From positions 832,001-896,000 of the forward strand of contig CAWFOU010000001.1 of the NCBI GenBank assembly GCA_963817525.1: 64,000 nucleotides of DNA. The letters are read 5' to 3'. Below the pieces are notes generated by a model. The model made no database searches. It saw nothing but the letters and a program-made list of their open reading frames with translations, and was not told the origin of the DNA. This document shows, piece by piece, positions 20,711 through 30,017 of the stretch (positions are counted from its first letter, which is position 1; every line of letters starts with the position of its first letter). Made by a program: the position numbers and the translations under genes. This DNA comes from an uncultured archaeon. Its GTDB lineage: Archaea > Thermoproteota > Nitrososphaeria > Nitrososphaerales > Gagatemarchaeaceae.

Positions 20711-21030
20711 TGGGTGGCGACCGGCTCCGCAGGGCGCGGGGTCTCTCCGTCCCTGGCCCTTTCCTTGGTGACGAGGTCCCTGAAGAAGTAGAACGCGATT
20801 ATCACCACGCCAACCGTCAGCGTGAGCCAGACGGGGATGAAGAGCGGCGTGGAGTCTGTCGCGGTGCTCGTGGCCCCCGTGGAACCCCTGTACAGGGAGG
20901 GCACGAAGGCGAGAACTGCTACGCTGATCATGATGAGAGCCACGATGAGCACGCGGCGATGCGACCCCCTCGAGCCGCCCTCAGACGAGCCTTGGCTATG
21001 CGTCCCGCTTCCGCCGTGAGATTCTGACAA
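20707..21030 (-). CDS. Hypothetical membrane protein (2 TM)
   Basis: Two hydrophobic helices (VLIVALIMISVAVLAFV; IPVWLTLTVGVVIIAFYFF); divergent from tbp. Confidence 0.55.
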   Translation of the reverse strand: MSESHGGSGTHSQGSSEGGSRGSHRRVLIVALIMISVAVLAFVPSLYRGSTGATSTATDSTPLFIPVWLTLTVGVVIIAFYFFRDLVTKERARDGETPRPAEPVATH

Positions 21031-21115
21031 AGCTGCGAGTTCCCCGCTTTCAACCCTTCGTCGGCTGCGGATATAACCTCCACGCTGAAAAAACGGCCCT
21101 GCCTATTTATACTCC

Positions 21116-21122
21116 TTATATA
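21116..21122 (+). promoter_or_regulatory. Putative TATA box of tbp (leaderless spacing)
   Basis: TTATATA 23-29 nt upstream of ATG 21145. Confidence 0.55.
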
Positions 21123-21144
21123 CGCGACCGGAACGCCACGGGCG

Positions 21145-21700
21145 ATGCCTCAGACCAAGGCCATCGTGAGCATCGAGAACGTGGTCGCATCGGCATCGAT
21201 CAACCAGACCGTTGACCTGAACCAGATCACCAAGAACTTCGTCGACGTGGAGTACCACCCTGACCAGTTCCCTGGCCTCGTCTTTAGGCTCAAGACACCG
21301 AAGACGGCCACCCTGATATTCAGCTCGGGCAAGATGGTCTGCACGGGCGAAGTCCGAGGACATGGCGCGCAAGGCGGTGCAGGAGGTCGTCAGGCGACTC
21401 AAGAAGGGAGGCATCCCGATAAAGAACGATGCCGAGATCCAGATCCAGAACATCGTGGCCTCGGCGAACCTTGGGGGGAAGGTCCACCTCGAGGAGGCGG
21501 CGAGGCAGCTCCCAAAGTCGATGTACGAGCCGGAGCAGTTCCCCGGCCTCATCCACAGGATGGCGGACCCCAAGACGGTCATCCTGCTCTTCGCGTCGGG
21601 CAAGCTCGTCTGCACGGGAGCGAAGCGCGAGAGCGAGGTCTTCAGGGCCGTGAACAACCTGCACGTGCTCCTGGAAGAGAAGAACCTGATGGTCTACTAG
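21145..21700 (+). CDS. tbp: TATA-box binding protein; apparent 2-nt deletion at ~21348 (likely sequencing error)
   Basis: Repeat 1 ENVVAS...YHPDQFPGLVFRL...IFSSGKMVCTG; repeat 2 in another frame QNIVAS...YEPEQFPGLI...LFASGKLVCTGAK. GGCGAAG should read GGCGCGAAG (GAK). Confidence 0.93.
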
Positions 21701-21704
21701 ACTT

Positions 21705-22331
21705 TCAGCGCCTGCTGACCTGCGAGGAGACCGCGTTGGCCTCCTCGGCCGAGAGCAACGCCTTGGCGCGGAGGATCTTCACGAGCTCCAATATGTCGGT
21801 CATCGCGTGGAGCTTGACGTCGTGCTTCTTCATCGCCGCCGTGCCTCCCTCGAGCCTGTCTATCACGACCGAGGCCGCGTCCACGTCGCACCCCTCCGCC
21901 CTTATCGCCTCGACCGCCGAGAGGATGGACCCGCCCGTGGTTATCACGTCGTCGATCAAGAGGACCTTCCAGCCCGGCCTAGTCACGCCCTCCACCAGCT
22001 TGCCCCTCCCGTGGTCCTTCTCGTCCTTCCTGACGTAGATCATGGGCTTCTCCAGCATGAGCGCGATGGGCGACGAGAGGGTGAGGCCCGCGGAGGGTAT
22101 CCCCGCTATCGCGTCATTGCTCGAGTCCTTGAACTCGTGCTTCAGGAACTCCCCGTAGGCCTCGATGAGGGTCTTGTAGGCCCCCGGGTAGCTCGGTATC
22201 GTGCGCAGGTCGATGTAGTAGGAACTCATCTTGCCGCTGGCGAGGGTGAATGTCCCGAACTGGATGGCCTTGACCTTCACGAGCACCATGGCGAGCTCCT
22301 CGAGGAGCTCCTTCCTGCGCTTCCACGCCAT
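21705..22331 (-). CDS. pyrE: Orotate phosphoribosyltransferase
   Basis: FGTFTLASGKMSSYYIDLR, YVRKDEKDHG, LLIDDVITTGGS PRPP-binding motif; start placed at ATG 22331. Confidence 0.94.
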   Translation of the reverse strand: MAWKRRKELLEELAMVLVKVKAIQFGTFTLASGKMSSYYIDLRTIPSYPGAYKTLIEAYGEFLKHEFKDSSNDAIAGIPSAGLTLSSPIALMLEKPMIYVRKDEKDHGRGKLVEGVTRPGWKVLLIDDVITTGGSILSAVEAIRAEGCDVDAASVVIDRLEGGTAAMKKHDVKLHAMTDILELVKILRAKALLSAEEANAVSSQVSRR

Positions 22332-22434
22332 GCGGCAAGGTCTCCGGGGGAGATACAAAAACATGACAGGCGCCCGCAGGCGGGCCAAAGCTTGATAGAC
22401 GCGGCGCGTGTGGGTCGCGCCACAGAAGCGCCTC

Positions 22435-23535
22435 ATGGAAATCTGGGTCCCCTACGGCGACGTCGAGTCCCTGGTCACGCTGATGCAGGAGAACCTCGGG
22501 GAGACCATCGACCCCAAGCCGGAGTCGCACGTCGAGGAGATCCTCGTGCCGCTCGCCGAGAAGATGAAGGGGGCGCAGAGGCTGATCATCTGCGACCACA
22601 AGCCCGCGACGCTCAAGGTGGTGAAGGCCCTCCTTTCGAAGGTCCCCAAGGAGGGGCACACGTTCGTCTCGCCCAACCCCAGGAAGGTGGAGGCGGCGGT
22701 CCCAGAGCTCAAGGAGTCGGTCGAGAGGCTGCGCCCTCCAGGCGAAGCCGCAGGCGCCGAGGGGCAGGGAGGGAAGGTCTCCCAGGACGTCTCCGGGGCC
22801 GAGAGGAAGTTCGCGATCTCCACTGGAGAGCCTGACCCGCTCTTCGGGTTCATCGACGCCCCACTGGCACTCGCGCTGGGGTCGGTCTCCGGGGCGCGTA
22901 GGCTGGGGTACAGGAAGCGTGACGGCGACGAGGCGCGGCCGCTTCGCGAGGACTCGCCGAGCTACGCGGCGGTCAGGCAGGAGGTCGAGGCCGTCGCAGG
23001 GGTCGACTACGCGACGATAATCACGCGGGGCGGGGAGCCCTACTCTATAGTCGAGGGCGACTCTGTGAAGCAGGCGCGCGCCCACTACCTCGTGGCGGAG
23101 GCCCCGCAGGCCAAGGGGCTGGTGGTCGGGGTCGGGGGGAGGGGCTACGACGACACGCTCTCCCACGCCATCAGGCTCTCCCTCGGCGCCCTGAAGGGCG
23201 TGAGGAAGGGAGGCGAGGTGGTGCTGGTGGCCGAGTGTAGGGAGGGCGTCGGCTCGGAGGCCCTCCAGATGTACCTCACCGGGCGGATGACCGAGAGCTT
23301 CATGAGGAGGGGAGCCTACGTGGAGGGTCTCGAGGAGATTTCCTACGTCACGGAGCTCAACGACAAGTACGGAGTCATCCTGCTCTCGTCCCTCCCCGAG
23401 CTATACGCCGGGGGGAAGCTGAGGTTCAGGACGGCGCGGGGTTCGGGCGAGGCCCTTGGTAAGGTCTTCTCGTCCGTGGGCAGGGCCGCGAAGCTCAATG
23501 TAGTCACGCGCGCCTGCGAGACCGTCCTCCCCTAG
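22435..23535 (+). CDS. LarA (lactate racemase)-fold-like protein, divergent
   Basis: MEIWVPYG start, IICDH, GGRGYDDTL, GGEVVLVAECREGVG resemble LarA N- and C-terminal motifs, but the protein is shorter than typical LarA. Confidence 0.6.
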   Translation: MEIWVPYGDVESLVTLMQENLGETIDPKPESHVEEILVPLAEKMKGAQRLIICDHKPATLKVVKALLSKVPKEGHTFVSPNPRKVEAAVPELKESVERLRPPGEAAGAEGQGGKVSQDVSGAERKFAISTGEPDPLFGFIDAPLALALGSVSGARRLGYRKRDGDEARPLREDSPSYAAVRQEVEAVAGVDYATIITRGGEPYSIVEGDSVKQARAHYLVAEAPQAKGLVVGVGGRGYDDTLSHAIRLSLGALKGVRKGGEVVLVAECREGVGSEALQMYLTGRMTESFMRRGAYVEGLEEISYVTELNDKYGVILLSSLPELYAGGKLRFRTARGSGEALGKVFSSVGRAAKLNVVTRACETVLP

Positions 23536-24683
23536 ACGGGGAAGGTCGCGAAGGTCTGGGGCACCGGGACGCAGAGCAGGCCCACGAGCACCATGAGCGC
23601 GAAAGCTGTCTTCCTCGAGCGCGAGAGCCCCGAGATCGAGTCGAGGGTCTCGCCCTGCACGGGGAACGCGGCCATCAGGAAGACGAGGACGAAGACCACC
23701 CAGTAGTTCGGGAGGTCGACGGCCAGGAGGAGGAGGCCAGTGACGGCCGTCGTCGCGCGGCTCGCGCGCTCCCCTATAGCGAGGCGGGCCATCCTCCCTC
23801 CGTCGAAGAGGCCCGCGGGCATGGAGTTGAAGAACGCCAGCATGAGGCCGAGCCACGCCGCGATCTCGACGGGGGAGAAGACGAGCGTCCCGCCCGCCGG
23901 GACCTGGCCTAGGACCCCCAGGCTCTGGGCGAGCGAGATCACCCCGCCCTGGAGGATGCTCGGGTTGGTCTGGATGGTGGTCGTCTGGTTCCCGCTCGAG
24001 AGTGCCTGCACCTGGGCGTGCGTCAGGATGACGGACGTCCCCGCCCCGAGGAGGGAGATGGCCAGGGCGACCGCGATCATCGCGACCGCGCCGACGAGGT
24101 AAAAGTCGAAGAGCTTGTTCCTGTTCGCAGGAGGGGAGCCCGGGAAGCTCACCGAGCCGAAGGTGGGGAGGAAGTAGAGCGTCGGGAGCGTGATGAAGAG
24201 GGGGACGTTCGGCAGGTAGTAGGTGAGGAAGGAGAAGCTCCCCTTCTTCGCCGCGTACCTCTGCGCGAGGTACCTCACCCCGAAGACCGCGCCCAGCGCG
24301 GCCACAAAGCCCACCCCCATCTCCAGGGGGGAGCTCCCCGGGGAGAGGCTCGGGAATATGGAGGCGACCACGTAGCCCGTCACCAGGAGCGAGAGGAGGG
24401 TGAGGAGGAAGAGGAAGGCAGGGCCGCTGAGCCTCACCTTGAGCTGGGGCGCGGGGGGCGGGGGGTTCTTCACCACCACGAGCGTGGCGCGCTCGGGGTC
24501 GCCGTAGAGCTGTGCCGAGTATTCCGTGTTCTTCAGCCGGTCGAGGAGCCTCAGGAAGCTCTCGCCAGACTTTGCGTCGTACGCGACGCTGTACTCCGCC
24601 GCCCCCTCCTCGGCGACGAAGTAGTCCTTGACGGAGAAGAGGGACCTGACCGCGGCGTCCACGTCGGCGTTGATGGTGGACAT
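23532..24683 (-). CDS. Site-2 protease (M50) family membrane protein lacking the HExxH motif
   Basis: Multi-TM; TFGSV, PPANRNKLFD, AAWLGLMLAFFNSMPAGLFDGGR (NxxPxxxxDG); the HExxH position reads RYLAQ. Start ATG 24683. Confidence 0.75.
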   Translation of the reverse strand: MSTINADVDAAVRSLFSVKDYFVAEEGAAEYSVAYDAKSGESFLRLLDRLKNTEYSAQLYGDPERATLVVVKNPPPPAPQLKVRLSGPAFLFLLTLLSLLVTGYVVASIFPSLSPGSSPLEMGVGFVAALGAVFGVRYLAQRYAAKKGSFSFLTYYLPNVPLFITLPTLYFLPTFGSVSFPGSPPANRNKLFDFYLVGAVAMIAVALAISLLGAGTSVILTHAQVQALSSGNQTTTIQTNPSILQGGVISLAQSLGVLGQVPAGGTLVFSPVEIAAWLGLMLAFFNSMPAGLFDGGRMARLAIGERASRATTAVTGLLLLAVDLPNYWVVFVLVFLMAAFPVQGETLDSISGLSRSRKTAFALMVLVGLLCVPVPQTFATFPV

Positions 24684-24783
24684 TGCCCTCTGGGGGCCTC
24701 GCGGAAATAATCGCATAAAGCCTTAGCGAAGCGCGATTCTGTGAACCTTATTTAGGACGCCAGCGTCGCGCGCAGACGGCGGA

Positions 24784-25281
24784 ATGCAGAAATCGATATT
24801 GGGCAAGGCCGGGGACTACACCGTCCGGTACGCCGAGGCCGCGGACGTACCCAGCGTGATAAACGTCAACGCCGCGACCCTCCCCGAGCACTACTCGGAC
24901 TACTTCTACTATGAGATCCTCAACGAGTTCCCCAACACCTTCATCGTCGCCGAGCTGGGCGGGCAGGTGGTGAGCTACGTGATGTGCAGGGTGGAGTACG
25001 GCCTCTCCGTCATGAAGAGGTTCGGGCTAGCGAGGAAGGGGCACATCATCTCCATCGCCACCATGGAGCCTCACAGGGGGAAGGGCGTCGGGACGACGCT
25101 CATCCAGAAGGCGATGGAAGAGATGAGGAAGGGAGGGTGCAAGGAGGTCTTCCTTGAGGTCAGGGTCACCAACGACGAGGCGGTGCGCCTCTACAGGAAG
25201 CTCAGCTTCCAGGTGACCGGGACGATGACGGGCTACTACAAGGACGGGGAGTCCGCCTACTTGATGGCGCAGCAGCTCTGA
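24784..25281 (+). CDS. Protein N-terminal acetyltransferase (Ard1/RimI GNAT)
   Basis: LPEHYSDYF, GHIISIA, HRGKGVG acetyl-CoA motif, FLEVRVTN, YYKDGESAYLM. Confidence 0.92.
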   Translation: MQKSILGKAGDYTVRYAEAADVPSVINVNAATLPEHYSDYFYYEILNEFPNTFIVAELGGQVVSYVMCRVEYGLSVMKRFGLARKGHIISIATMEPHRGKGVGTTLIQKAMEEMRKGGCKEVFLEVRVTNDEAVRLYRKLSFQVTGTMTGYYKDGESAYLMAQQL

Positions 25282-25326
25282 CCTCCAAGCCAATATAGCG
25301 CGACTGCCCCGCGGCAAGGGGAGCAC

Positions 25327-27012
25327 ATGGAGCAGACCTCCTTCAGGGAGCTCGCAGAGACGCTCGAGAAGGTGAGGCTCGCGAAGGGCAAGAACGAGAA
25401 GGTGTCGACCCTGGCTTCGCTCTTCTCCAGGCTCAAGAGCGAGGACGAGGTGGAGTACGCCGCGCGGTTCGCGGCGGGGAGGTCGACCCGGAAGGGGGCC
25501 GCCGACGAGACGCAGGTGGGGTACTCTGCGCTGATAGGGGTCCTGCGCGAGGTCACGGGCGTCACGGAGGAGGAGCTCAGGAAGAGCTACCTCAGACACG
25601 GCGACCTCAGCGAGTCCTTCGCCGACTTTATCGGGCGTAGGAGGGAGGCGACGCTCTTCGAAGGGGCCGAGGGGGGCCTGGGCATCCTCGACGTCGCGTC
25701 CACGTTCGACAGGATCACCGCCGCCCACGGGAAGGGCTCCACCGCGCTGAAGAAGGACCTCGTGAAATTCCTCCTGCTCAGGGGCGAGGGCCCGCTGGAG
25801 GCGAAGTACATCGTGAAGATACTAAGCAGGGAGATGAGGATAGGCCTCGTGGAGGGCCTGGTCGAGGCGGCAGTCGCCCAGGCCTTCGGGAAGGACACCG
25901 GGAGAGAGAGGGTGAAGGAAGCGTACCTCATCCTCGGGGACGTGGGGCTCCTCGCGCGCGAGGCGAAGGGCGGGAGGCTCGGGGAGGTCAAGATAGAGCC
26001 CATGCGCCCCACCAACTTCATGCTAGCCGAGCCCATGTCCTCTGCGGAGGAGATATCGAGCTACTTCGAGGGGCGGGCGCTCTACGCCGAGTACAAGTAC
26101 GACGGGGTGAGGGCGCAGGTGCACAAGCTCGGGGGAGAGGTCAAGATATTCTCCCGGAGGCTCGAGGAGATGACCGGGAGCTTCCCCGAAGTGGTCGAGG
26201 AGGTCGCGCGCATACCCCACAACGTGGTCCTCGACGGCGAGATAGTCGCGTTCAGGGAGGGAGAGGGGCCCCTCTCGTTCCAGCTGATCCAGAGGCGGCT
26301 GAGGAGGGCGGACGTCGAGGAGTCGAAGAGGATCGCGCCCATCCGCTACTACTGCTTCGACATCCTCTATCTGGACAGGAGCCCCATCTACAGGGAGGCC
26401 TTCAGGGCGAGGCGCGCGGCGCTCTGGGCCCTCCTCAAGGGGACGCACGTGAGGAGGGCCGACTCGAAGACCGTCCGGACGGCCAAGGAGATAGGGGAGT
26501 TCTTCAGGGAGAGCAGGTCGCTGGGATACGAGGGGCTGGTGCTGAAGGACCCGGACAGCCCCTACACGCCGGGGAGGCGGGGGAGGTTCTGGGCCAAGCT
26601 CAAGGAGGAGCTCGACACGCTGGACGTGGTGATCGTCGCCGCGGAATTCGGGCACGGCAAGCGTGCCGGGAGGATCAGCGACTATACGTTCGCGGTCAGG
26701 GACGGCGCCGGGCTCAAGGTGATCGGCAAGGCCTACTCCGGGCTCACGGACAAGGAGATCGAGGAGATGATGGCGAGGATCAAGAGGATCACCGTGGGCG
26801 AGGTGGGGTACCGGATGGCCGTGAGGCCGGAGATAGTGATCGAGGTCGCGTTCGACAGCATCCAGAGGAGCGACAGGCACGACAGCGGGTACGCGCTGAG
26901 GTTCCCGCGCATAAAGTCGATCAGGGAGGACAAGGGCGTCGCCGACATCGACACCCTCGCGAGAGTGAGGGAACTGTACGAGGGTCAGAAGGTAAAGGCG
27001 GAGCCGCTCTAG
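25327..27012 (+). CDS. lig: ATP-dependent DNA ligase
   Basis: EYKYDGVRAQ (motif I), LDGEI, FDILY, EGLVLK, WAKLK, LRFPRI...REDK. Confidence 0.96.
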   Translation: MEQTSFRELAETLEKVRLAKGKNEKVSTLASLFSRLKSEDEVEYAARFAAGRSTRKGAADETQVGYSALIGVLREVTGVTEEELRKSYLRHGDLSESFADFIGRRREATLFEGAEGGLGILDVASTFDRITAAHGKGSTALKKDLVKFLLLRGEGPLEAKYIVKILSREMRIGLVEGLVEAAVAQAFGKDTGRERVKEAYLILGDVGLLAREAKGGRLGEVKIEPMRPTNFMLAEPMSSAEEISSYFEGRALYAEYKYDGVRAQVHKLGGEVKIFSRRLEEMTGSFPEVVEEVARIPHNVVLDGEIVAFREGEGPLSFQLIQRRLRRADVEESKRIAPIRYYCFDILYLDRSPIYREAFRARRAALWALLKGTHVRRADSKTVRTAKEIGEFFRESRSLGYEGLVLKDPDSPYTPGRRGRFWAKLKEELDTLDVVIVAAEFGHGKRAGRISDYTFAVRDGAGLKVIGKAYSGLTDKEIEEMMARIKRITVGEVGYRMAVRPEIVIEVAFDSIQRSDRHDSGYALRFPRIKSIREDKGVADIDTLARVRELYEGQKVKAEPL

Positions 27013-27075
27013 CGTGCGACCGACCGTCCGTGTCGCCCTCGTGGGAGGTTAAATATTGCTGGCTGTTAGTTCGCC

Positions 27076-27414
27076 ATGCCGGACATGGCCGAGAAGGTCC
27101 CTGCGTGGCTCGAAAGGTTACTGCTCCCACAGATAAGCGAGCTAAAGGGAGAGGTGAAGGTGTTGGGCACGAGGATCAACAGCCTAGACGAGAAACTCTC
27201 TTCGAGGATTGATGCCCTCGACGAGAGGCTGTCCTCGAGAATCAACAGCCTAGACGAGAAGCTCTCTTCGAGGATGGATGGCTTGGACACCAAGATAGAC
27301 CTAGTCGATGAGAAGCTGAGCTCGAAGATCGATGAGCTCGACAAACGGTTTGACATGACCCAGCGCCTCGCCGTGGTCGAGGCACAGCTCAAGGAACTGC
27401 GCGCCAAGGCCTAG
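27076..27414 (+). CDS. Coiled-coil protein built from 11-residue repeats
   Basis: About five copies of (I)xxLDE(K/R)LSS(R/K); C-terminal RLAVVEAQLKEL. Confidence 0.7.
   Translation: MPDMAEKVPAWLERLLLPQISELKGEVKVLGTRINSLDEKLSSRIDALDERLSSRINSLDEKLSSRMDGLDTKIDLVDEKLSSKIDELDKRFDMTQRLAVVEAQLKELRAKA
27175..27345 (+). repeat. Intragenic 33-bp degenerate tandem repeat
   Basis: ATCAACAGCCTAGACGAGAA occurs at 27175 and 27241 (66 bp apart) with degenerate copies between and after. Confidence 0.75.
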
Positions 27415-27430
27415 AACGGCGTCGCCCGCT

Positions 27431-29002
27431 TCAGAACGTCAGGGCAGAGGCCGCATAAAACGCCCTCAGCTCCTTAGCCAGCGACTCATAGTCGGACACC
27501 CCTCTCCCCACGAGCGAGTCGAGGAATGCCGTTCTTCTCTCTAGCTCCGCGGAGATCCTCTTCGCAGAGTGCCCGAAGCCTTGCCCTCGCCTACCCAGGC
27601 TCGCCGAGCCTTCGCGCTGGACGACCTCGGCCTGGCGGGAGAAGACGCTCGTCCAGGTTCGGCCCGTCCCCTCGGCGGCCGGCTCGACCACGCTCTGGAC
27701 GAACCTGTGCCCGTCCTGCCCTTTCACCATGAACACGACGGCATCTATCAGCCAGAGCGAGCTCTGCGCCACGGAGAGAGGGGGCTGGGTGAGCCTCGTC
27801 GTCAGGCCCTCCGCGTTGGAGGCGTGGAAGGTGGTGAGGCACCCCGTCCCCGTCGCGGCCGCCTGGAATAGTGCCTGCACCTCCTCGCCCCTCGACTCGC
27901 CGAGGACCACAAAGTCGGGCCTCTCCCTCAGGCTGAGCTTGACCAGGTCGAAGAGAGTTACGTCGCCGCCCCCCGCGCCGTTGACGTATCGCGTGTGGAG
28001 GGGCTTCCAGCCGCCCTGGGGGAGGGTGATCTCCCTCGTGTCCTCGATGGAGAGGACCTTCCAGTTTGGGTTGAGCACCGTGGCGATGGCGTTGAGCAGA
28101 GTCGTCTTCCCGGAGGCGGTCACCCCCGCGATGACCACGAACCCCTTCATCTCGAGGAGGAGCCACAAGTACGCGGCCAGCGCCGAGTCGATGGTGCCCG
28201 CGCGGATGAGCTCGGAGACCGTGTATGGGGTGGCCCGCAGCTTCCTGATGCTGAAGGAGCTCCCGAGCGAGCTCACCTCCTTCCCCCAGGTCGCCGCGAG
28301 ACGGTAGCCCTCGGGGAGGACGCAGTCCACCACGGGAGAGGAGACTGAGAGCGAGCGCCCCGAGCGCTGGACGAGCCGGGCGACGACGCTGTTGAGCTCG
28401 TCCTGGTCGCGGAAGAGGACGTTGCTCTCCAGCCACCCGTGGGAGTTGTACCTCTTGTGCCAGACCTTGACGGGCCTCCCCGGGCCTTCGCAGGAGACGT
28501 CCTCAAGCTCCGGGTCCCTGAGAAGGGGGTCAAGGAGCGAGTACCCGAGTATCTCCCGCATGAGGTAGTGGGTCACTGCCTTGGACTCGTCCTTCTGCTC
28601 GTTGGAGCGCTCCTCGAGGAGCCCCGCCCTCTTCAGCTCCGCGAAGAGGTACCCCAGCGGGTCGACGGAGATGATGGGCGAGGGGGCGAGCCACGTCGAA
28701 AGCGAGTCGATCGCCTCCCCGACAGCGCCTGCCACGTCGGGCCGCACATAGGGCTCCTTCACGAGGTAGAAGCCCTTGCCGCCGTCGTCGTAGACGTAGA
28801 CGGCGAAGCTCGACCTGTAGGCCGCGCCCCCCGCCGACCTCAGCTCGTACTCCACAACGTAGTTCTCGACGAGCCGGCCTCCGTGGGGGGCGTCGAAGGG
28901 GATGGCCTTGAGCGCGGGCCCGGAGGCGTACCCGAGGCCCCCGGTCCTTCCCGCGAGCCGGGCGACCCCGCTAAACCGGGTAGTCCAGGCTCTTGGCTCC
29001 AA
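27431..29002 (-). CDS. Type IV pilus / type II-IV secretion ATPase (PilB/FlaI-like)
   Basis: LDPLLRDPELEDVSC, FSIRK, Walker A GVTASGKTT, SIEDTRE, LRERPDFVVLGESRGEE, TTFHA. Confidence 0.92.
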   Translation of the reverse strand: MEPRAWTTRFSGVARLAGRTGGLGYASGPALKAIPFDAPHGGRLVENYVVEYELRSAGGAAYRSSFAVYVYDDGGKGFYLVKEPYVRPDVAGAVGEAIDSLSTWLAPSPIISVDPLGYLFAELKRAGLLEERSNEQKDESKAVTHYLMREILGYSLLDPLLRDPELEDVSCEGPGRPVKVWHKRYNSHGWLESNVLFRDQDELNSVVARLVQRSGRSLSVSSPVVDCVLPEGYRLAATWGKEVSSLGSSFSIRKLRATPYTVSELIRAGTIDSALAAYLWLLLEMKGFVVIAGVTASGKTTLLNAIATVLNPNWKVLSIEDTREITLPQGGWKPLHTRYVNGAGGGDVTLFDLVKLSLRERPDFVVLGESRGEEVQALFQAAATGTGCLTTFHASNAEGLTTRLTQPPLSVAQSSLWLIDAVVFMVKGQDGHRFVQSVVEPAAEGTGRTWTSVFSRQAEVVQREGSASLGRRGQGFGHSAKRISAELERRTAFLDSLVGRGVSDYESLAKELRAFYAASALTF

Positions 29003-29387
29003 ATACTATGCTCACCTCTCCCTTCTGACCGGGCGGCACGGAGATCGCGCAGACCTTGCCGGGCTCGAGCACCCCCGCGCAGCTCGACGACCATTTCACC
29101 AGCCCGCCGTTGAGGTATGCGGCCGTGAGCGTCCCCTGCACCCACCCATAGTCGTAGACCCACGCGTAGGAGCCGCTGGAGTTCGACTGGACTGCGACGA
29201 GAGCCAGCAAGAGCCCATCCTCCCGCGCGGCGCCTTGCGAGCTCGAGGAGAGAAGGCCTCCGGAGCTTCGGATCGAGCCGAGGGCGACGACACCGATAGC
29301 CCCGAGGAGGGCAATCGTTATCATCAGGACCAAGAGCGAGGAGACGAGCTCGCTCACCCCTCGCCTGCGCCTAGAGCGCGACGTCGT
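28971..29387 (-). CDS. Archaeal type IV pilin-like protein; start codon unresolved (first canonical start GTG 29357, leader suggests ACG 29384/29387)
   Basis: In-frame class III signal peptide SRSRRRRG|VSELVSSLLVLMITIALLG; located in the pilus operon. Confidence 0.7.
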   Translation of the reverse strand, partial: TTSRSRRRRGVSELVSSLLVLMITIALLGAIGVVALGSIRSSGGLLSSSSQGAAREDGLLLALVAVQSNSSGSYAWVYDYGWVQGTLTAAYLNGGLVKWSSSCAGVLEPGKVCAISVPPGQKGEVSIVFGAKSLDYPV

Positions 29388-30009
29388 CGAACCCCCCGCT
29401 CGATGTGACCAGGAGACTGTGAGAGCCCCCTCCGCTGGGAAAGTAGATGGTGAACGCGGTGCCCGATAGCGCCCCCGCCGCAGGGATTGAGGAAAGGACC
29501 TGTGACGAAGGGATCCAAGGGCCCTGGACGGCCACGCCCCCGGGGAGGGTCAGCGTGCAGGAGGTCCCGCTCTGTATCATCACCTCCTGCCAGCCTGACG
29601 AGACGGAGGCCTGTGCGCCGAGCATCCCTGCAACCCACGCCTGCCCGTTTGTGGCCACCTGGAGCGTGCCTACCTGGGGCGAGAGGACGGAGAAGAACGT
29701 GGTCTCGCCGGCTTCGCATAGAGATGTCGTCGTCGAGTAGGCCGACCCGTTGAAGGCGAGGACGCCGTCGGCGGAGCTCGCCTCGTCCAGCGCCAGCGAG
29801 GTGAGCGTGGTCGCGGAGGAGGAGTTGACCTCGAGGCGCTCGATGGCGGGCGTCCCGCCCAGCAGCGTTAGCGTGTTGGCGAAGAGCGGCTGCGGGTCCA
29901 GGGTGGACTCGCGCCTCAGGCCGTCGTAGAGGACCGAGGCGAGGGAGAGGGAGATGACCACGAGCACGACGGTCGCCTCGTACTGCGCGATCGCTGGGCG
30001 GCTCTTCAT
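29371..30009 (-). CDS. Archaeal type IV pilin-like protein (minor pilin)
   Basis: MKSRPA|IAQYEATVVLVVISLSLA class III-like leader plus hydrophobic helix; beta-rich S/T/G body. Confidence 0.7.
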   Translation of the reverse strand: MKSRPAIAQYEATVVLVVISLSLASVLYDGLRRESTLDPQPLFANTLTLLGGTPAIERLEVNSSSATTLTSLALDEASSADGVLAFNGSAYSTTTSLCEAGETTFFSVLSPQVGTLQVATNGQAWVAGMLGAQASVSSGWQEVMIQSGTSCTLTLPGGVAVQGPWIPSSQVLSSIPAAGALSGTAFTIYFPSGGGSHSLLVTSSGGFDDVAL

Positions 30010-30017
30010 TTCGCAGC

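Noticed and set aside
20711-21027. C-terminal extension of the signal peptidase as an extra domain
   Set aside because: It is the antisense read-through of the convergent membrane-protein gene; a single indel restores a normal end at 20710.
21145-21700. TBP as a pseudogene or programmed frameshift
   Set aside because: A 2-nt loss in a GCGC run with no slippery site, both halves conserved, and six similar indels elsewhere point to consensus error.
27175-27345. Possible CRISPR array
   Set aside because: Repeats are in-frame 33-bp coding units without unique spacers; no cas genes or CRISPR array were seen anywhere in the window.
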